Below, one piece after another: positions 26,101 to 31,656 of a DNA stretch of 31,656 bases. The translations under genes and the position numbers were made by a program. Under the pieces are notes generated by a model. It had not been told where the DNA came from. It was given only the letters and a program-made list of their open reading frames with translations, and did not search any database. Position 1 is the stretch's first letter; each line of letters begins with the position of its first letter. Source of the stretch: Candidatus Aphodoplasma excrementigallinarum. Its GTDB lineage: Bacteria > Bacillota > Clostridia > UBA1381 > UMGS1253. The stretch is taken from contig DVOF01000142.1 of NCBI GenBank assembly GCA_018713805.1, positions 1 to 31,656 on the forward strand. The letters are read 5' to 3'.

Positions 26101-26660
26101 TTCTGTCGGGGCAGGCGGCTGACCTCGCCGGGGCGAAGGAAAGCCTCGAAAAGCTGATTGAGTCGATCCAGGAGAAGATGAAAAAGCAGTTTAAGGAGCA
26201 GTTTGCGGTGATTGGCCGCTATTTTTCCGAGACGTTTGCCGAGCTGTTTGGCGGCGGGCGGGCGGAGCTCCGCCTGACTGACCCGGGCGACGTGCTGGGC
26301 AGTGGGGTTGAGATCGACGCGCAGCCGCCGGGCAAGAAGCTGCAAAACCTGAGCCTGTTGTCGGGCGGGGAGATGGCGTTTACGGCGATTGCGTTGCTGT
26401 TTGCAATCTTGAAGGTGCGCCCCACGCCGTTCTGCGTGCTCGACGAGATCGAGGCGGCGCTCGACGAGGCGAACGTGTACCGCTTTGCCGACTATGTCAA
26501 AGCGTACAGCAAAAAGACGCAGTTTATCTTAGTGACGCACCGGCGTGGCACCATGGAGGCGGCAGACCTGCTCTACGGTGTGACCATGCAGGAAAAGGGC
26601 GTGTCGAAGCTTTTGGCGCTGCATTTGGACGAGGCGGTCCGGACGGCGCAGGCAAAATAA
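23082..26660 (+). CDS. smc: Chromosome segregation protein SMC
   Basis: Walker A GPNGSGKSN, long coiled coils, hinge (LGRVTFLP, GGSITGG), LSGGE signature, Walker B LDEIEAALD; TTG start. Confidence 0.98.
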   Translation: MYLKGIELIGFKSFADKTRLTFEPGVTSVVGPNGSGKSNISDAIRWVMGEMSAKSLRGANMQDVIFAGTQTRKPLGFAQVSLTLDNSDHALDIEYGEVTVTRRVYRSGESEYSINGAPCRLRDIHELFMDTGLGRDGYSIIGQGKVNEIISGKADDRRGIFDEAAGISKYRHRKEEAERKLAHTEENLIRINDIVAELSSQVEPLLKQSQKARQYLDLREEMKKLEINLFLQTVDKLKREIADTAKAFAVVTEQLTAMQADNAKTDGEIDRVNALADELEEKIEARRGENADAELRIKGLLGEAEVLKSTAASNETLIGRIKGEIAQMEQKIEGLSQAAEAIVLEKQEKQAALTQLEEEAARAAEENQAFSGRALALGEQINSIKAGVIEKLNDIAALKARLSSLEAFKKSFLQRREAIQLEKESMGAELAQIEEARQAGVQAAEAAQRRMDAEQKELASLTEKMETAQRTLAAAKDDAAAKNAALTRELSRLHMLVEMEKDFEGFAKSVKGVLAAHKNGRLGGAKVYGALSSLIGVPKQYVTAVEALLGGALQNVVVESEQDAKTVIEYLKRNHLGRVTFLPVTSVKGRMLENQRAAAACPGYIGLASELVSCDARYGEIISSLLGRCVVVDTMDHAIAMSRKFGYKFRVATLEGELLNAGGSITGGSMNKTTGLLSRAAEIHALRASTQEKQAALDGVLAQQAALEQEMEQFAAARRGADALLRTAEQDLIRARAEQEHVESLAQAKKLSGESMEGELAQIEEQIKDANEQIAELINETTKEELTIEADQQKAAEQEAALAEHEATRGEIAARVNEKNIALTAARKDIAACDYRIRDAKAQAETARGEIAAKQADIDGLKEKNSSIAAQVRDKEEQAAAAQEQAKTLLGAVAVLCEQRDAARTRARSLLEENKEAREQIYALKEEQSRIDNKRTRQESELDTITAKIWEEYEVTYLSAKEYEVDIGPAGVAKSRVGELRAKIRALGNVNVDAIEEYKSVKERFDFLSGQAADLAGAKESLEKLIESIQEKMKKQFKEQFAVIGRYFSETFAELFGGGRAELRLTDPGDVLGSGVEIDAQPPGKKLQNLSLLSGGEMAFTAIALLFAILKVRPTPFCVLDEIEAALDEANVYRFADYVKAYSKKTQFILVTHRRGTMEAADLLYGVTMQEKGVSKLLALHLDEAVRTAQAK

Positions 26661-26688
26661 AGGATGAAACGGGAAAGGATACGGAATA

Positions 26689-27597
26689 ATGGGATTTTTT
26701 GATAAACTGAAACAGGGGCTGAGCAAGACGCGCGACGCGTTTTCTGAAAAGGTGAACTCGGTGTTTGCCACGTTTGTGAAGGTGGACGAGGAACTGTTTG
26801 AGGAGCTGGAAGAGGCGTTGATTACGGCGGACGTCGGGATGGAGACGTCCATGTATATCATAGAGGAGCTGCGCGACCGCGTTAAAAAGGCGCGGATCGA
26901 GGATGCAGACGGCGTAAAGGCAAAATTGCAGGAGATCATCGCTGAGATTATGGCAGAGCAGGAGACGGAGCTTGACCTCTCCGGGACGCCGGCGGTCATC
27001 CTTGTGATTGGCGTCAACGGCGTGGGCAAGACGACCACGATCGGGAAGCTTGCCGCGCGGTTCAAGGCGGACGGCAAGCGGGTCATGCTTGCGGCGGCGG
27101 ATACGTTCCGCGCGGCGGCGATCGACCAGCTGCAAATCTGGGCCGACCGGAGCGGGTGCGAGATCATCAAGCACAGCGAAGGTTCAGACCCGAGCGCCGT
27201 CGTATTCGACGCGGTAAATGCGGCGAAGGCGCGCGGCGTGGACGTACTGATCTGCGACACGGCGGGCCGGCTGCACAATAAAAAGAATCTGATGGACGAA
27301 CTGGGCAAGATAAGCCGCGTGGTGGAGCGGGAAGCGCCCGCTTCGTCGCGCCACGTCTTTTTAGTGCTTGACGCAACGACGGGCCAGAACGCAATCAGCC
27401 AGGCCAAATTGTTCGGCGAGGCGGCCAGCATCGACGGCATCGTGCTGACCAAGCTCGACGGCACGGCAAAGGGCGGCGTTGTGATTGGCATATGCCGGGA
27501 GCAGAACATCCCGGTGCGCTATATCGGCGTCGGGGAAGGCATCGACGATATGCAGCCGTTTGATGCGGCGGATTTTGCAAAGGCGTTGTTTGAATAA
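26689..27597 (+). CDS. ftsY: Signal recognition particle receptor FtsY
   Basis: GVNGVGKTTT, ADTFRAAA, DTAGR, DATTGQNA, TKLDGTAKGG. Confidence 0.98.
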   Translation: MGFFDKLKQGLSKTRDAFSEKVNSVFATFVKVDEELFEELEEALITADVGMETSMYIIEELRDRVKKARIEDADGVKAKLQEIIAEIMAEQETELDLSGTPAVILVIGVNGVGKTTTIGKLAARFKADGKRVMLAAADTFRAAAIDQLQIWADRSGCEIIKHSEGSDPSAVVFDAVNAAKARGVDVLICDTAGRLHNKKNLMDELGKISRVVEREAPASSRHVFLVLDATTGQNAISQAKLFGEAASIDGIVLTKLDGTAKGGVVIGICREQNIPVRYIGVGEGIDDMQPFDAADFAKALFE

Positions 27598-27672
27598 TTT
27601 GAATTAACCGGGGTTTATGTTTGGTGATTGTCTGCGCGGCGTATTGGGCGCTGCGGAAAGGGTGGTAGCGCA

Positions 27673-30537
27673 ATGGCGTTTGAAATGAGTGATTTTAAAA
27701 AGGCAAAGGACGCGCGCGGCGGGGGAAAATGGGGCGCAAAGGTGCTGATCTGGATTCTGGCGCTGATCTGTGTCGCGCTTGTCGTCGGGTTTTGCGCGTC
27801 TGTGCTGACTGACTATATCCAGATCAAGGAAATCGGGCAGGAGTATGTCAGCGTATTCTGGACGAATATCCGGGTACGGCTGATTGCACAGATCGTCAGC
27901 TTTTTGATCGTGTTTGCGCTGTTTATGGCAAACAACATCGTGCTGCGGCGGATCTCGCTCAAGGAAAACGGCGATTTGGTCCTGATTGCAAAGGTTTTGC
28001 CCATGGTTCTGGTAACGTTTATCATTGCATTCATTGCGAGCCGCTTCATCAGCGACAATGTGTACAGCCGGTTTCTGACGTTTGCCAACTCCACCTCGTT
28101 TAACCGGGTGGATCCGGTGTTTTTCCAGGATATCGGCTACTATATGTTTATCCGGCCGTTTATGGTGTCGTTGATGGACAGCGTCAAGATTATTCTGCTT
28201 ATTCAGACATTGTACACGCTGCTGGTGTATATTCTGCTGCATGCGCGCGGCGGGCTGGAGCATTTTGGGGAGATTTTTCGGAACAAGAGCATTGTCATCC
28301 ACAATATCGTCAATGTGCTGCTCATCTTCATCAGCGTTGCAATCACGTTTAAATATAATGCGGAAGACATTTTGTATGGCAGCTTCGGCGAGCTGTTTGG
28401 CGCAGGATATACCGACATATATGTCTGGACGCCGTTTTTTAACTTTGCGCCTTACCTGCTTTTGGCAGTAGTGGCGGCGACGGTGTTTTTCCTTCTGCGC
28501 GGCAAAATCAAGGCCGGGATACTCAGCGTCTGCGTTTTCCCTGCGGCATGGGTTTTGACCGGCGCGATTGCGCTTGTGGTGCAGACGTTTGTCGTTGCGC
28601 CAAACGATGTGGCGGTCGAAGCGCCGAACATTGCAAACAATATCTATATGACGCGCGAGGCCTATGGGCTTGATAAGATCATCGAGGTGGAGTTTCCGAT
28701 TGAGAATACGCTTAGCGCCGAAGATTTGGAAGAAAACCAGACAACGCTGGAGAATATCCGGATCATTGACTATAACTCCAATGTCACAGCAATGAACAAG
28801 CTGCAAGGGATTAAGCCGTACTATACGTTCAAAAGCGCGGACATCGTGTCGTACGACGTCGATGGGAAGCCGACTGCGGTTGCAATCGGCGCGCGCGAGC
28901 TTGACCCGGAAAAGCTGGCGGCAGAAACAAGCGACACCTATCTGAACAAAACCTACAAGTATACGCACGGCTACGGCGTGGCGGTCAATCCTATGAACGA
29001 GGCGACCCAGGAGGGGCAGCCGAACTTCATTGTGCGCGACATCCCGACCATCTCGGACGCGGGCATGGTCGATGTGACGCAGCCGCGTATCTACTATGGC
29101 GAGTTTACCAATGAACATGTTATCGTCAACACGAAGCTGAAGGAGATCGACTATTCGGAGGGGCAGACGAATGTGGAGTTCTCGTATGACGGTACGGGCG
29201 GCGTCAACTTAAACTGGATGAACCGGATCCTGTTTTCCATGATGTACGGCGACTACAAGATGCTTGTGTCGAACCAGATCACCTCAGAGAGCAAAATCCT
29301 TCCGAACCGGAACATTCTTGAGCGGGTGAAGAAGGTTGCGCCGTTTTTCGAGTACGATGAAAACCCATATCTGCTGATCGACGACAGCGGAAGGCTCAAG
29401 TGGATTATCGACGCGTATGCGACGTCGGAGTATTATCCGTATGCGCAGAAATACGGGAAGTTCAACTATATCCGGAATAGCGCGAAGGCGGTCGTGGACG
29501 CATATGACGGCAGCGTGACGTTCTATATCACGGACGAATCCGACCCGATCGTACAGACGTATAAAAAGATATACCCGAGCCTGTTTTCCAGCGAGCCGAT
29601 CCCGCAGGATTTAAAGCGGCACATCCGCTACCCGGAAAAGCTGTTTAAGATTCAGGCGGAGATGTACAAACAGTACCATATTACCGACGCACATGTCTTC
29701 TATAACAAGAGCGACGTGTGGGACATCGCAAAGGAAAAATACGCCAAGGGCGACAGCCAGTACATCGAGCCGTATTACAATATGATGGAGATCGAGGGCT
29801 TTGACGAGAAGGGCGAAAGCCTGCTGCTTACCATGCCGTTCACCATCCAGAATAAGGATTATATCAGCAGCTGGCTCGCCGCAGGGTCGGACGATAAGTA
29901 TTACGGGAAGCTGGTTTTGTACCGGTTTACCAATGCGGAGAAAAACGCCTACGGCACTATGCAGATGGAGAACCGCATTGACAACGACCCGACGATTTCG
30001 AGCCAGATGACGCTCTGGGGCCAGGGCGGGTCCTCGGTCGTACGGGGCAATATGATCATGGTTCCGATCAAGGATTCCCTGCTGTATGTCGAGCCGGTTT
30101 ACATTACGACGAACAATACGGCGGCCTTCCCGGAGCTGAAGCGTATTATTGTCGCGTATAAAGAAAAAATTGTGATGGAAGCGACCTTGCAGGAATGCTT
30201 TGCCAAGCTGTTCGCCGAGGACGGCACGTCGCAGGGCGGTACGTCCGGGTCATCCCCGGGAGACACAACTGCACAGCCGCCCCTGTTGACGCCGCCCGCT
30301 GAGGGGGGACAGGACGAGGCGGAGCAGATCCTCCTGACGGTGATCGAATTATATGAGCGGTATAAACAGTACAATGCAGAAAACGACTTTGAAAATGCGG
30401 GGAAAATCATGCGCGACATCGACGAAAACCTCAGCCGCGCCAACGAACTGCTTATGCAGGGGACGGAGGAAGGGCAAACTGTGCCGGAGGAGGACGCGGC
30501 GGCAGCCACGTCTACGCCGGATATGCAAACTGAATAG
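27673..30537 (+). CDS. UPF0182 family membrane protein
   Basis: N-terminal multi-TM block with DPVFFQDIGYY, then NI..TREAYGL, NIRIID, YTHGYG, PRIYYGE, NYIRNSAK..VDAYDG, SSVVRGNMIMVPI; ATG 27673. Confidence 0.93.
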   Translation: MAFEMSDFKKAKDARGGGKWGAKVLIWILALICVALVVGFCASVLTDYIQIKEIGQEYVSVFWTNIRVRLIAQIVSFLIVFALFMANNIVLRRISLKENGDLVLIAKVLPMVLVTFIIAFIASRFISDNVYSRFLTFANSTSFNRVDPVFFQDIGYYMFIRPFMVSLMDSVKIILLIQTLYTLLVYILLHARGGLEHFGEIFRNKSIVIHNIVNVLLIFISVAITFKYNAEDILYGSFGELFGAGYTDIYVWTPFFNFAPYLLLAVVAATVFFLLRGKIKAGILSVCVFPAAWVLTGAIALVVQTFVVAPNDVAVEAPNIANNIYMTREAYGLDKIIEVEFPIENTLSAEDLEENQTTLENIRIIDYNSNVTAMNKLQGIKPYYTFKSADIVSYDVDGKPTAVAIGARELDPEKLAAETSDTYLNKTYKYTHGYGVAVNPMNEATQEGQPNFIVRDIPTISDAGMVDVTQPRIYYGEFTNEHVIVNTKLKEIDYSEGQTNVEFSYDGTGGVNLNWMNRILFSMMYGDYKMLVSNQITSESKILPNRNILERVKKVAPFFEYDENPYLLIDDSGRLKWIIDAYATSEYYPYAQKYGKFNYIRNSAKAVVDAYDGSVTFYITDESDPIVQTYKKIYPSLFSSEPIPQDLKRHIRYPEKLFKIQAEMYKQYHITDAHVFYNKSDVWDIAKEKYAKGDSQYIEPYYNMMEIEGFDEKGESLLLTMPFTIQNKDYISSWLAAGSDDKYYGKLVLYRFTNAEKNAYGTMQMENRIDNDPTISSQMTLWGQGGSSVVRGNMIMVPIKDSLLYVEPVYITTNNTAAFPELKRIIVAYKEKIVMEATLQECFAKLFAEDGTSQGGTSGSSPGDTTAQPPLLTPPAEGGQDEAEQILLTVIELYERYKQYNAENDFENAGKIMRDIDENLSRANELLMQGTEEGQTVPEEDAAAATSTPDMQTE

Positions 30538-30550
30538 GTTTTCCGATCAT

Positions 30551-30578
30551 AAAAGGGCGGCCATATGGCCGCCCTTTT
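30551..30578. terminator. Intrinsic terminator (perfect 28-bp palindrome)
   Basis: aaaagggcggccatatggccgccctttt is fully self-complementary; 14 nt after the UPF0182 stop. Confidence 0.8.
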
Positions 30579-30665
30579 CGCACGTGCCTGTCCTGCGCTT
30601 CTAAAAAATACATGAAATATTTCCGTGCATTTGTGCATATAAATCTCATTAAGAGGTGAGGCTAT

Positions 30666-31550
30666 ATGAAATGCGCAATCGTTTCGCTTGCAGAAAATGC
30701 ACAGGAACAGCACGGATTGGTCAGATGGATACCTGGCCGGAAAAACAGGATATTCGACCTTGAAGTTGTCCATGCGCAGCAGCCCGTCACGATTTACATC
30801 CTGCCCTATACAAAGGAAGAACTGCGCAGTAAAAAGGAAAAAAAGCAGGCAAAGCTGTTTGCGCGGTGTATCCGGGATCTGCAAAGCAGAAATGTCGGCT
30901 GTGTATATCTGGCCGACGATGTGCTTGATTTCGCGCCGGCCGGGGCGTTCAGCCGGTGCTTCCAGCTTCCCTCCGGCAAGGCAGTGTTTGACCATATGCT
31001 TTGCGAGGCACTGAAATGGTGCGCGAAAAAGGCGCAGCTCGACCTTATGGAGGCGGAGGTTGGGATTTGGCAGGATTGCTTTGATGAGCATGGGTACCGA
31101 ATCCTGGAAAGTGTGTGTGAAGAATTGAAATTTGCGACCCTGTACACCAATTCTGCTGAATCGGCGCGGGTATTTGCGGACAAACTGTATTTGCAGACGG
31201 GATTGTCGCTGAAAATTTCCAAAAAGCTGACTGGCATGAACCGGTGCGACATTGTTATCCTGACCCAAAAGCTGGAGCAGCAAATCGTACGGGAGGACAC
31301 GGTGGTGCTCGACGAGAGCGGCGCGTATCCATATCGTTGCAGAAATACGATGGAGTTTTCTTTGCCGTTTGGGTTCAATGCGCTCATGCCGTATCTGGAC
31401 GGAGCGGACCAGCGCGGCATGGAGTTTCTACTGACTGCATGCGGCGTACGCCTGTATAAGGGGACTGACCTTCCGTCCGAGCTGAAGGAGATTGGATGCT
31501 CGCTCAAAAAAGTCCTATACAAACCGCACAAAACCTGCTTGACAAATTAA
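30666..31550 (+). CDS. Hypothetical protein (294 aa)
   Basis: Long ORF with AAGAGGTGAGG SD; alternating beta/alpha pattern in the C-terminal half; no family recognised with confidence. Confidence 0.8.
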   Translation: MKCAIVSLAENAQEQHGLVRWIPGRKNRIFDLEVVHAQQPVTIYILPYTKEELRSKKEKKQAKLFARCIRDLQSRNVGCVYLADDVLDFAPAGAFSRCFQLPSGKAVFDHMLCEALKWCAKKAQLDLMEAEVGIWQDCFDEHGYRILESVCEELKFATLYTNSAESARVFADKLYLQTGLSLKISKKLTGMNRCDIVILTQKLEQQIVREDTVVLDESGAYPYRCRNTMEFSLPFGFNALMPYLDGADQRGMEFLLTACGVRLYKGTDLPSELKEIGCSLKKVLYKPHKTCLTN

Positions 31551-31567
31551 TTGCAAGATAGTATAAT
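31539..31567 (+). promoter_or_regulatory. Consensus sigma-A promoter for a gene beyond the window
   Basis: TTGACA(31539-31544)-N17-TATAAT(31562-31567), overlapping the last codons of the preceding ORF. Confidence 0.8.
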
Positions 31568-31637
31568 ATATAAAATATATGGGGAATTTGGCAGCTTTGT
31601 TATGAAATCAATCCGAAATTTGAAATACATTTGCTTG

Positions 31638-31656
31638 CTGTCTCTTATACACATCT
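31638..31656 (+). other. Nextera/Tn5 mosaic-end adapter (sequencing artefact)
   Basis: The final 19 nt are CTGTCTCTTATACACATCT exactly. Confidence 0.97.

Noticed and set aside
9745-27597. Idea that secG, rnc and ftsY are functionally linked to the OLE RNP because they share this window
   Set aside because: They lie 9-26 kb away in separate transcription units with their own conserved contexts; proximity alone is not evidence.
27604-29118. 504-aa antisense ORF opposite the UPF0182 gene
   Set aside because: Fully overlaps a well-supported gene; no SD or domain signal.
30551-30578. Perfect 28-bp palindrome considered as a recombination or operator site
   Set aside because: A/T-flanked GC stem right after a stop codon is fully explained as an intrinsic terminator.
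1-31656. CRISPR arrays, tRNA/rRNA genes, transposases, integrases, prophage or known defence genes
   Set aside because: None recognised on reading either strand.

Overview
A G+C-rich Clostridia-type (Bacillota) chromosomal region, mostly housekeeping genes, ending in a Nextera/Tn5 adapter, so it is probably a contig end. The most notable element is missed by the ORF track: a ~610-nt OLE (ornate large extremophilic) RNA at ~489-1098, enclosed by a 26-bp terminal helix. It is followed by its partner gene oapA, then dxs, tlyA and a small 4-Cys ORF. OLE/OapA is a described but functionally unresolved system. The context here is atypical: no ispA upstream, its own promoter-like elements, a divergent rubredoxin, and no nadK-argR-recN downstream. 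The rest holds tcdA, a low-GC GH39-like glycosidase, nfo, FMN riboswitch-ribU, a DUF368 protein, secG, a 4-gene ECF sigma/ZAS anti-sigma module, a MATE transporter that seems to need a CTG start, the fapR-plsX-fabH-fabK-fabD-fabG-acpP-fabF cluster with candidate FapR boxes, rnc, a radical SAM gene, a low-GC HExxH gene apparently inserted into the radical SAM 3' end, smc, ftsY, a UPF0182 membrane protein and a hypothetical gene. All family calls come from motif recognition; no database search was run.
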